NCBI GenBank assembly: GCA_021800275.1 | Contig: JAJYZB010000002.1 | Span: 70,997-134,996 of the forward strand | Reading direction: 5' to 3' | Source of the DNA: a bacterium | Lineage (GTDB): Bacteria; Vulcanimicrobiota; JABDET01 | DNA: 64,000 nucleotides | Shown: piece after piece, positions 36,638 through 45,037 of the stretch | How the letters are laid out: each line of letters starts with the position of its first letter | How positions within the stretch are numbered: the first letter of the stretch is position 1 | Notes under the pieces: model-generated | Databases searched by the model: none | Told to the model about the DNA's origin: nothing | The model's input: only the letters and a program-made list of their open reading frames with translations | Position numbers and translations under genes: made by a program

Positions 36638-38533
36638 TTAAAGCTGATCTAAAGCTCTATCAATCACAGACGCTTTTTCGAGAGAAGGCTTTATATTTTC
36701 TACTGCTGGGATTTTTAAAACAAACTGACTCCCCTCCCCCTTCTTGCTTTTCACCTGAATTTCCCCACCCATTGATTTGATAATTCCAAAACTGACTGAC
36801 AATCCTAACCCTGTCCCTTTTCCGATCTCTTTTGTCGTGAAAAACGGATCAAAAATTTTAGAAAGATTCTCTTCTGAGATTCCGCAGCCATTATCCGAAA
36901 TGCGCAAAATACTTTCTCGAGAATCTCCAAAAATATTGATCTCAATCACACCTGGGTTTTCTTTTTTTTCAAAAATCGCGTCTCTGGCATTTGATATTAA
37001 ATTCGCAAGAACCTGTATTAAATTATCAGGAACTCCATACACAGGCAGGCAGTCTTGAAAATCCGCTTTAACTTGAATATTATCCAGAGTTAACTGCTTA
37101 TCCCATAAATTCAAAGCCGCTGCAGCAGCCTCCTCAAGCTTGAAATTCTTTTTTTCATCAGCAGATTTTCTGGAAAAATTTAAAAGTTTTTGAACGATTC
37201 CCTGACATCTCTGAGAAGCTTGAAGAATGGTTTCAACAGCATCTTTATCCTCAGGTTTCTGCTGCAGCTGCCAGGCATTCAACACAATGGCTCCAAGGGG
37301 ATTATTAATTTCGTGCGCAACTCCTGCGGCCAGCTGCCCAACAGCAGCCAGTTTACTAGTTTCAATCAGCTGCGCCTGCATTTTTTTTAAATGATCGTTC
37401 GCCTGCAGGACTTCCTGATACAAAAAACTATTATTGACAGATGAAGAAATCTGACCCGCTAAAATCGTCAGAAATTTCTCCTGCTCTTCTCCAATGAAAG
37501 GGCGGCTGAGAAGCAGATATCCCAGGATTTCTCTTTCTGTTCTGAGAGGAATGACAGCTAGGGGAAGAAGGGCTTTAGGAAAAAGATGAGTGGGATGTTT
37601 GATGACACTCGTCAATTCGCCTTTTTCATTTAGAAAATCATTCTCCATCAAAGTCTCGGGCAGAGGGCTTCTCTCAAACTCCCCACAAGAATTTTTTTTA
37701 CAAAAAGAATCTTTCTCTTTTAAATAGATACTCACTCCAGAGGCTTTCAGTTTTTCCATAAGACCCATTAAAATCTCAGGAGCCATCTTCTGAAAATCCA
37801 AAGCCGCGGACAATTTTTTAGAAAGTTCGTAAATAATTTGCAGCTTTTCTTTTTCAACGTAAGATTTAAATCCAAATTTAAAAACAAAAAAAGCCACAAA
37901 AAATGAAACTGGGATAAAAAGAAAAAGGGGAGTTGAAAGGGAATGCTTTGCAATCGGAACAAAAGGCGCTAAAAGATAAAAAGGCAGTTCGAAAGCATAT
38001 CCGGCGCCAATCTCTTTTAATGAGAACTTCTCTTGAAATCTTCCAGCTTGAAAGACAAATGTCGTAAAATCGGTAAGAAGATGAAAAATAACAGCTGCTG
38101 CCAAAGGAAAAAATAAAGCATCTGAAAAGTTAAAAAAGTTTATTTTGCCCCCAATCTGTCCATAAAATAGAGAGGTCAGTCCTGTTGTGAAAGTATATCT
38201 GCTCACATTTGAAAAAATGGTATCAAAATTTATGCGGCCTTTTCTAACGAAGAAAAAAATAAGGAAGCCAAAGAAAACGGGTAGAACAGTTTGATTTCCC
38301 CATAATAAAATATAACAAAAAATCAGCGGATTTTCAAATCCAAAAGTAATGCTTGACCAGGGAAGTCGAACATACGTAAAAAGGGCGAGAACCAGAAATA
38401 CAGCTCCTAAAACAGTCTCTGTCCAATGGCTGAAAGGATGGCGCAAAAAAGCGCGCGCTAAAAATAAAATTGACACAATAGAGATAAGAATCTCAACAGC
38501 TAAGAATTTAAATCTCTTCTTATTAATGCTCAA
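36638..38533 (-). CDS. Membrane sensor histidine kinase (multi-TM N-terminus, HisKA plus HATPase_c)
   Basis: 'AAGVAHEINNPLGAI' H-box; 'ISDNGCGISEENLSKIFDPFFTTK' and 'GTGLGLSVS' ATPase motifs. Confidence 0.8.
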   Translation of the reverse strand: MSINKKRFKFLAVEILISIVSILFLARAFLRHPFSHWTETVLGAVFLVLALFTYVRLPWSSITFGFENPLIFCYILLWGNQTVLPVFFGFLIFFFVRKGRINFDTIFSNVSRYTFTTGLTSLFYGQIGGKINFFNFSDALFFPLAAAVIFHLLTDFTTFVFQAGRFQEKFSLKEIGAGYAFELPFYLLAPFVPIAKHSLSTPLFLFIPVSFFVAFFVFKFGFKSYVEKEKLQIIYELSKKLSAALDFQKMAPEILMGLMEKLKASGVSIYLKEKDSFCKKNSCGEFERSPLPETLMENDFLNEKGELTSVIKHPTHLFPKALLPLAVIPLRTEREILGYLLLSRPFIGEEQEKFLTILAGQISSSVNNSFLYQEVLQANDHLKKMQAQLIETSKLAAVGQLAAGVAHEINNPLGAIVLNAWQLQQKPEDKDAVETILQASQRCQGIVQKLLNFSRKSADEKKNFKLEEAAAAALNLWDKQLTLDNIQVKADFQDCLPVYGVPDNLIQVLANLISNARDAIFEKKENPGVIEINIFGDSRESILRISDNGCGISEENLSKIFDPFFTTKEIGKGTGLGLSVSFGIIKSMGGEIQVKSKKGEGSQFVLKIPAVENIKPSLEKASVIDRALDQL

Positions 38534-38539
38534 TGTGGA

Positions 38540-39082
38540 TTAATGATCCACCCGCGGACCTAAAATTGGACCCACTGCACTACACATATTATCCATTAAA
38601 TTTTCCGGATTTTCCCAATTGAAATCTTCTTCAACTTTTTTTCTTCCCAGATCGTAGCTCCTAATTGTATTGTAAATGGAAGGCTGTGAAGAAAAATTCT
38701 GAGGATCGATCCATGGACCCTGAATTGGACCCTGGCTGTCAAATCCTGATGAAATTCCACCTGTCCCGAAGAAAGAACTCCATGGAGAACCAAGCCCTGA
38801 AAGAAATCCAGGAGAGTATAAAGGCGAAGAATACGGACTGCCGTAAAATGAATTCAACCAGTTTCCTGACCACGGGCTTTCACAAAACTGTTCACAAGGA
38901 GGGCAGCTGCAGAACCCGGAATCAGACCCCAAAGCATTCTCCCAGGAAGACTTAAATTGAAGTTGGGGATACGAGGATGAACAAGGATTAAAAGAAGGAC
39001 TTGCCGGACAGCTGCATGCTACTTCCGATGGAGCAGAAAAATCAAAAAACTGATTTCCCGAAAAAATCTCTCCTATGCTCAT
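38540..39082 (-). CDS. S/P/G/C-rich low-complexity hypothetical protein
   Basis: 180 aa ORF; TTTACA-N16-TATAAT promoter-like sequence and a GGGGG RBS upstream. Confidence 0.4.
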   Translation of the reverse strand: MSIGEIFSGNQFFDFSAPSEVACSCPASPSFNPCSSSYPQLQFKSSWENALGSDSGFCSCPPCEQFCESPWSGNWLNSFYGSPYSSPLYSPGFLSGLGSPWSSFFGTGGISSGFDSQGPIQGPWIDPQNFSSQPSIYNTIRSYDLGRKKVEEDFNWENPENLMDNMCSAVGPILGPRVDH

Positions 39083-39149
39083 CTGAAAACCCCCTTTGTT
39101 TGTATTATACCTTCAAAACTCTATTTGTAAAGTTCTGACAAAAAAAATT

Positions 39150-40172
39150 TCACGCCTCCTGGTGATTTTTTAGTGATTTTGTGAATCCATCGGGATGTTT
39201 TTTATGCCATTGATAGGCTGAAGAAAGAATTTTATCAAGAGATTGGCATTGGGGAACCCAGGACAGCTCCTGGCGAATTTTTTTAGAACTGGCGACAAGA
39301 ACAGCAGGATCCCCGGGTCTTCTTCCCGCAGTCTGAACAGGAACTTTTCTGCCCGAAATTTTCTCCAGATTTTCAATAACCTCTCTCACACTGTACCCTT
39401 TTTCACTCCCGATGTTATAGACTGTTGAAGCTAAACCCTTATCAAGGGCTTCTGCGGCTAAAAAATGCGCCTGAGCCAGATCCCAAACATGAACATAATC
39501 TCGGATACAGGTTCCATCTGGAGTGGGATAGTCCATTCCATACATAGAAAGAAAAGGGATCAAGTTAAGGGACGCTTGACAGGCTAAAGGAATCAGATGG
39601 GATTCAGGAAGATGTGCCTCTCCTAAATTACCGGAAGGATGGGCTCCAGAGGCATTAAAATAACGGAGACAGACTGAACGAATCCCAAAACTTCTCTCAT
39701 ACACCTGGAGCATCTCTTCCATCATCAATTTTGTCAATCCATAAGGACTTGTCGGCCTCAAAGGAAAGCTTTCTGATATTGGATTCTCAACCGGTTCTCC
39801 ATAAACAGCTGCTGAAGAAGAAAACAGAACCCAGGGAATCCGACATTTCCTGACAACTTCTAAAAAGGGAATCGCTTTTGAGACATTATTCTCAAAATAC
39901 TTTCCTGGATTTTTCACGGATTCTCCAACCTCAATGAACCCTGCAAAATGCAGCACCCCAGCCACAGGATAAGTATTGAATATTTGGTTTAGAATTTCTA
40001 CATCTGAAATATCAGACTGAAAAAAAGGAATGTCAGCAGGAACCGCTTCTCTGTACCCTTTTGACAAATTATCCAGAATAATGCACTTTTTTTCCCTCTC
40101 AAGAAAAAAACTTAAAACATGACTGCCTACGTATCCAGCAGCACCTGTGAAAAGATAATACTTTTGGGACAT
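39150..40172 (-). CDS. galE: NAD-dependent epimerase, UDP-glucose 4-epimerase-like
   Basis: 'FTGAAGYVGSH' Rossmann motif; 340 aa with GalE-like overall layout. Confidence 0.8.
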   Translation of the reverse strand: MSQKYYLFTGAAGYVGSHVLSFFLEREKKCIILDNLSKGYREAVPADIPFFQSDISDVEILNQIFNTYPVAGVLHFAGFIEVGESVKNPGKYFENNVSKAIPFLEVVRKCRIPWVLFSSSAAVYGEPVENPISESFPLRPTSPYGLTKLMMEEMLQVYERSFGIRSVCLRYFNASGAHPSGNLGEAHLPESHLIPLACQASLNLIPFLSMYGMDYPTPDGTCIRDYVHVWDLAQAHFLAAEALDKGLASTVYNIGSEKGYSVREVIENLEKISGRKVPVQTAGRRPGDPAVLVASSKKIRQELSWVPQCQSLDKILSSAYQWHKKHPDGFTKSLKNHQEA

Positions 40173-40354
40173 GTCAGGGATCGTTCTTGTCCTCTATTGT
40201 TTCTCCTTTTCTTCTTTTTTCTTCATTTTCCACAGATTTTTGACATCGCATTATATTTATGTCAGATTATTGTCTTGAACTTAAAATTTTAAAAAAAATG
40301 AAGATTGACTATTTCACAATTGTCGTGATATTAAAAACAAGAACCTCAACAAGA

Positions 40355-40384
40355 TTTACAAAATGTTAAACTTCTTGTCATAAC
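40355..40384 (+). promoter_or_regulatory. Sigma70-like promoter (TTTACA-N18-CATAAC) with a conserved AAAATGTTAAACTT spacer motif
   Basis: About 50 nt upstream of the 40436 gene; 24 of 31 positions are shared with the 43123-43153 element. Confidence 0.4.
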
Positions 40385-40435
40385 TTAGCAGCAAGAAAGT
40401 GTTATGATAAGGGGAACAGCAGGAGGGTGAGAATT

Positions 40436-41716
40436 ATGGGCGGCATTAGCGTAGCATTAGGAAACATAGAAAAATCTGCAGTTAATTCAGTTGATAATAT
40501 TGGAAATACGCTTGGACATGATCTCGGCATAAACAAACCAGCGACTCCACCACCCCAGACACAAACTCCTGATGTTCAAACACAGACACAAGCTCAGGGT
40601 GGAACTCAGCCCCAAACTCAGGATAAAACCTCAATCTTATCCCAAGCAAAATCCACTCTCACAAACTTTGGTCATTCTGTGGCAGGGGCTTTAGGAGTCG
40701 GTAAAACCAGCGCAGGCGCTGTGGCGACTGCTGCAGTCACAGGAGGTGCAGTGGCAGGACCCCTTGGAGCTGCTGCAGCAGGTGGAGTAACGGCAGCAGT
40801 TGTGGGTGGAGCAAGTCTTGCAGCTAATCAGGAAAACAAACAAGGGGCAGATGCTAGCGCAGGCTCAATTCTTAAAGATAATCTTGTCAGTGGAGTAACA
40901 GGAATTGGCCAGGATCTAGGACTGCTTCAAAATTCTCCTCTCACAAAGACAGGTTATCCTCCAATTTATGGAGGAACTCAAGCACAGGCGAATCAAATCT
41001 GGGGATACATGGACGGAAAACCTCCTATGCCTCTTGCTGACAGGCAAGCCGTTCATTCCATCCATGTGGGATCCAATTACACAACAGGAGCTTTTCAAAC
41101 TGTGGCTAAAGGAGCGAATGGACAAGACCAGAATTTCGGAGATATTTATCTCAATACAAATGATTTAAAAAATCAAGGGCAGTATGTTGTTCTTCATGAA
41201 TCAGGACATGCGGTAGAAATACACAATGGAACCTTACAGGGTCCGACAGCGAGTGTCTGGAATGGACCAGATATCTACGGCACAGCTGCAGCTGATTCTC
41301 AAGCAGGGGAAGCGAATAATCCAGCAGCAGAAACTTTTGCTGATGCTTATGCAGCATATTACAGTGGAAATGGAGCTGCTCTGCAGAAAGTTGCTCCCCA
41401 GGAATATAATGCCATTGCATCAGGAGCTTACAAAGCCCAGGGACCTTCAACTGTTACTACAGGAGATCAAGTGATGAGTGGACTCACTAATTTTGGAGAG
41501 GCAGTCTCCTCTGGAATTGGGTGGTTAGGAAACACAATTGGAGGAGCTGTTGGAGCAGGGTTAGCCGCTGCGGGGAATGGCTTTCTAGCGAATACCGGAT
41601 TTGGAGCCAATGCTTTTGCAGGATCAGCTGCTCCTGTTTTGCAAGGAATAGGAGCTGGCAATCTGGCGGATAATTCTGCTGGCGGCGGACCGAGGGTTCC
41701 AGTCTGGGGTGGGTAA
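40436..41716 (+). CDS. HExxH zinc-metallopeptidase-like protein with anthrax-lethal-factor-like (ATLF / M34-like) catalytic core and Gly/Ala-rich flanks
   Basis: 'VVLHESGHAVE' followed ~40 aa later by 'AAETFADAYAAYY' (HExxH plus E-x-F-A-E/D-A-F/Y); AGGAGG 9 nt before the ATG at 40436 (ORF track opens at the GTG at 40427). Confidence 0.5.
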   Translation: MGGISVALGNIEKSAVNSVDNIGNTLGHDLGINKPATPPPQTQTPDVQTQTQAQGGTQPQTQDKTSILSQAKSTLTNFGHSVAGALGVGKTSAGAVATAAVTGGAVAGPLGAAAAGGVTAAVVGGASLAANQENKQGADASAGSILKDNLVSGVTGIGQDLGLLQNSPLTKTGYPPIYGGTQAQANQIWGYMDGKPPMPLADRQAVHSIHVGSNYTTGAFQTVAKGANGQDQNFGDIYLNTNDLKNQGQYVVLHESGHAVEIHNGTLQGPTASVWNGPDIYGTAAADSQAGEANNPAAETFADAYAAYYSGNGAALQKVAPQEYNAIASGAYKAQGPSTVTTGDQVMSGLTNFGEAVSSGIGWLGNTIGGAVGAGLAAAGNGFLANTGFGANAFAGSAAPVLQGIGAGNLADNSAGGGPRVPVWGG

Positions 41717-41727
41717 GAATATGCAGA

Positions 41728-43089
41728 ATGTTTGTGTCTAAAAATAAAAATTATTCTTTACAGGTTTATCTAGGATTTTTAAATTTAACAGCATTTTTTT
41801 GTTTATTTTTCTCATTGCACAAAAACTCTTTTGATATCAGCGAAGTCTTACTAGGATTCTGGGTTCTCCTTTTCTTTTTTGCGAATATGCTTTCAACAAA
41901 AGTTTTTATAAAAAATTTCGAAATGTACTTAAATGTTTCTTCTGCCATCAGCACAGCGAGTTATTTTCTATTCGGTTTAACCCCTTGCCTTTTAGTCATT
42001 ATCTTCGGATTTTCAAGTTTTTTTCTATGGAAGCGATGGCATTTTTATAAGTGGGCAGGAACAGTCTCATTTTGGGTGATCAGTTATTCGATTGATAGTT
42101 TTTTTATTTCTCTAATTCAAACCCCTTTTTCTTATCCATGGATTATCGTAAAGGTGATTGTTTTTCAAGCGATTTTTATTCTACTTGGAACCCTTCTTGC
42201 TGATCTTCTCATCAGTTTTGGGCAAAAAATTTCATTAAAAACACTTTTACTTTCAGAAACAAAAGAAGTTTTGTCAGGAAATCTCATGGAAACTTTCATT
42301 TATTCCATGCTTGCCTGCATCCTGATGTCTCTCTGGCTCCACACCCCCTGGGCAGTCTCCCTTCTTTTCATTCCATTTTACGGATTAAAACTCGTGATGG
42401 AAAGCGGACAGAAAATTCAAGCTGAACTGGCAAAAGCCATGAATGCCTTAAATGACATTTTAGAGGCAAAAGATGAATACACTGAACGGCATACAGATCG
42501 AGTGGCTAAATATGCAGTGATCATTGCTAAACATTATGGAGGGTTCTCTGATGAACAATTAGACCTGATCGCCAAAGTGGGGAAGATTCATGATGTCGGA
42601 AAAGTGATGGTCAGAGATGATGTATTGAAAAAACCAGGAAAATTAACTCCTGAAGAATATGAACACATCAAACTTCATGTCCAGAAAGATTTTGTCACAA
42701 ATACAATCCCTCCTGAATATCCGCTTGCCAAATGGCTGCAGCTTGCCAGACTGCATCATGAACGATATGATGGCAAAGGATATCCGTTTGGATTAAAAGG
42801 AGAAGAAATTCCGATAGAACTCAGAATTATCTCTGTGGCTGATGCCTGGGATGCCATGACCACCCGCAGGGTTTATCGGGCAAGTCTCGCAAATGACACC
42901 GCTCTGCAAACTCTTAAAGAGGGGGCTGGAACTCAATGGGATCCAACCGTTATCAACGCTTTCTTCAAAGCTTATGATTCAGGACAAATTCAAGCGCTTC
43001 AAGCTGAACACAAAGCAAAGCTGCAAAAGCAGAAATGGGATGCCCTTCAAAAACTAGACCAGTATCTGTCTCTTGAAAGCAGTCTTTAA
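41728..43089 (+). CDS. Membrane-anchored HD-GYP phosphohydrolase, paralogue 1
   Basis: Multi-TM N-terminus; 'KIHDVGKV' and 'HHERYDGKGYP' HD-GYP motifs; starts 11 nt after the metallopeptidase-like gene. Confidence 0.8.
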   Translation: MFVSKNKNYSLQVYLGFLNLTAFFCLFFSLHKNSFDISEVLLGFWVLLFFFANMLSTKVFIKNFEMYLNVSSAISTASYFLFGLTPCLLVIIFGFSSFFLWKRWHFYKWAGTVSFWVISYSIDSFFISLIQTPFSYPWIIVKVIVFQAIFILLGTLLADLLISFGQKISLKTLLLSETKEVLSGNLMETFIYSMLACILMSLWLHTPWAVSLLFIPFYGLKLVMESGQKIQAELAKAMNALNDILEAKDEYTERHTDRVAKYAVIIAKHYGGFSDEQLDLIAKVGKIHDVGKVMVRDDVLKKPGKLTPEEYEHIKLHVQKDFVTNTIPPEYPLAKWLQLARLHHERYDGKGYPFGLKGEEIPIELRIISVADAWDAMTTRRVYRASLANDTALQTLKEGAGTQWDPTVINAFFKAYDSGQIQALQAEHKAKLQKQKWDALQKLDQYLSLESSL

Positions 43090-43098
43090 CCCAGAGCC
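42331..43098 (+). repeat. Direct repeat copy 1 (3' part of HD-GYP paralogue 1)
   Basis: Aligns base for base with 44108-44875 at a constant 1777 bp offset; the 3' portion is nearly identical by eye. Confidence 0.8.
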
Positions 43099-43123
43099 AT
43101 AGGCTTAAGACCGGAGACCAAAA

Positions 43124-43153
43124 TTTACAAAACGTTAATCTTTCCATCATAAT
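43124..43153 (+). promoter_or_regulatory. Sigma70-like promoter (TTTACA-N18-CATAAT) with a conserved AAAACGTTAATCTT spacer motif
   Basis: About 50 nt upstream of the 43204 gene; near-duplicate of the 40355-40384 element. Confidence 0.4.
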
Positions 43154-43203
43154 GCTGCAATACTTGTATGTTATACTAAAACCAGGAAGAGGAGGCATTA
43201 ATA

Positions 43204-43488
43204 ATGAATGTAGCCTTGATTCGTTCTCACAACACAGGAAGCATTGTTTCAGGCAGCACAGGAACAGCCGCAGCAAAAGCTCTTAATACTGCTCCCCCAC
43301 ATGTCAACTCTCAAGTCCGAGACACAGCTTCAATTTCGTCCCCAACAGTGGATGCTTTTGCAAAATTCCACAATTCCATAAAAGGAGCATTAGACGGCAC
43401 CAGTGGAAGTAAAGAGAAGAATTCTCCAAAATTTCATCATAAAAACCACGGCAAAATCACAATAGGGATTGGAAACCCACATCCTTAA
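43204..43488 (+). CDS. Small S/T/G-rich hypothetical protein
   Basis: 94 aa ORF with AGGAGG 8 nt upstream of the ATG; its stop lies inside the apparent start region of HD-GYP paralogue 2. Confidence 0.45.
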   Translation: MNVALIRSHNTGSIVSGSTGTAAAKALNTAPPHVNSQVRDTASISSPTVDAFAKFHNSIKGALDGTSGSKEKNSPKFHHKNHGKITIGIGNPHP

Positions 43489-44866
43489 GGAGTCACAAGA
43501 AAACCTCTTGTCAGAACCTAAGAATCTCTCCTTAAGAATTTTCCGCTGTGCTTCAATTATAATTGGAATTACAGCTTTTCTTTATGGAACTTTTCACTCC
43601 AACGCAGCAGTAAATCTTTTTTCTCTTTTTGTTTGGAGCTTATTTCTTTTTTGCGCCAGTATGCTGGAATGTAAAATCTCAATTAAAAATCTCACTTTCT
43701 ACTTGGATATTTCTAATGCCATTGGAATTGGAGCTTATTTTCTTTTTGGATTAAAATTCTTTCTGCTGGTTCTAGGGTTAGGAAAACTGATGTTTTATCT
43801 ATTGAAAAAATACCCTCTTTATCCCTGGTGGGCTCAAGCCATTACTTTCTGGTGTATTTCTTATGTAATCCCAAGCTTATTTATCCCATACAATTTAGTT
43901 CATCTCACTTTCCCAGAAAAAATACTTCATATTATCCTTTTCTCGGTAATCTCAGGTCTAATTTTAATTCTGCTTATGGATCTTTTAAACGGTTTTCAGG
44001 AGAATATCTCTCTAAAAGAAATGCTCATGATCGAAATAAAAGAAGGGCTATTTATAGATTTTATCCAGATCTTCATTTTTGCCATGCTTTCCTTTGACTT
44101 AATCTTCCTCTGGCTCCACACCCCCTGGGCAGTCCCCCTTCTTTTCATCCCATTTTACGGGTTAAAACTCGTGATGGAGAATGGCCAGAAGATCCAGGCT
44201 GAACTGGCAAAAACCATGAATGCCTTGAATGACATTTTAGAAGCCAAAGATGAAGACACAGAAAAACATACTGAAAGGGTTTCTAAATATGCCGTGATCA
44301 CTGCTAAACATTATGGAGGATTTTCTGATGAGCAATTAGACCTGATCGAAAAAGTGGGAAAACTCCATGATGTCGGAAAAATTTTGGTCAGAGATGACGT
44401 ATTGAAAAAACCAGGCAAATTAACTCCTGAAGAATATGAACACATCAAACTTCATGTCCAGAAAGATTTTGTCACAGATACAATCCCTCCTGAATATCCG
44501 CTTGCCAAATGGCTGCAGCTTGCCCGACTGCATCATGAACGATATGATGGCAAAGGATATCCGTTTGGATTAAAAGGAGAAGAAATTCTGATAGAACTCA
44601 GAATTATTTCAGTGGCTGATGCCTGGGATGCCATGACCACCCGCAGGGTTTATCGGGCAAGCCTCTCAAACGAAACCGCGCTGCAGACTCTAAAGGAAGG
44701 GGCTGGAACTCAATGGGATCCAACCGTTATCAACGCTTTTTTCAAAGCTTATGATTCCGGAGAAATTCAAGCGCTTCAAGCTGAACACAAAGCAAAGCTG
44801 CAAAAGCAGAAATGGGATGCCCTTCAAAAACTAGACCAGTATCTCTCCCTTGAAAGCAGTCTTTAA
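43469..44866 (+). CDS. Membrane-anchored HD-GYP phosphohydrolase, paralogue 2
   Basis: Same motifs as paralogue 1; the N-terminal TM region also aligns; the start at 43469 is a TTG and is uncertain. Confidence 0.8.
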   Translation: METHILKESQENLLSEPKNLSLRIFRCASIIIGITAFLYGTFHSNAAVNLFSLFVWSLFLFCASMLECKISIKNLTFYLDISNAIGIGAYFLFGLKFFLLVLGLGKLMFYLLKKYPLYPWWAQAITFWCISYVIPSLFIPYNLVHLTFPEKILHIILFSVISGLILILLMDLLNGFQENISLKEMLMIEIKEGLFIDFIQIFIFAMLSFDLIFLWLHTPWAVPLLFIPFYGLKLVMENGQKIQAELAKTMNALNDILEAKDEDTEKHTERVSKYAVITAKHYGGFSDEQLDLIEKVGKLHDVGKILVRDDVLKKPGKLTPEEYEHIKLHVQKDFVTDTIPPEYPLAKWLQLARLHHERYDGKGYPFGLKGEEILIELRIISVADAWDAMTTRRVYRASLSNETALQTLKEGAGTQWDPTVINAFFKAYDSGEIQALQAEHKAKLQKQKWDALQKLDQYLSLESSL

Positions 44867-44875
44867 CCCAGAGCC
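44108..44875 (+). repeat. Direct repeat copy 2 (3' part of HD-GYP paralogue 2)
   Basis: See copy 1; both copies end with the same stop context 'TAACCCAGAGCC'. Confidence 0.8.
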
Positions 44876-45037
44876 GCCTCAAAAATATTCTGAGCGCTTT
44901 TTAAACAAAAAGTAAACTTAAAAACGCGAAGTTAATTTTCGGTGAACATTTGCTGACTGCCGTTGACTCTTAAAATTTTGTCGTGTAAAATATAATTAGT
45001 GAAGAGCAGTAAAAAATAAATGGAGAGGAGAAGTGCT

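Noticed and set aside
43469-43488. Treating the overlap between the small 94 aa ORF and HD-GYP paralogue 2 as a fusion or frameshift
   Set aside because: The two are in different frames and the HD-GYP N-terminus aligns with paralogue 1 from about residue 20 onward; the simplest reading is two genes with an uncertain (TTG or other) start for the HD-GYP gene.
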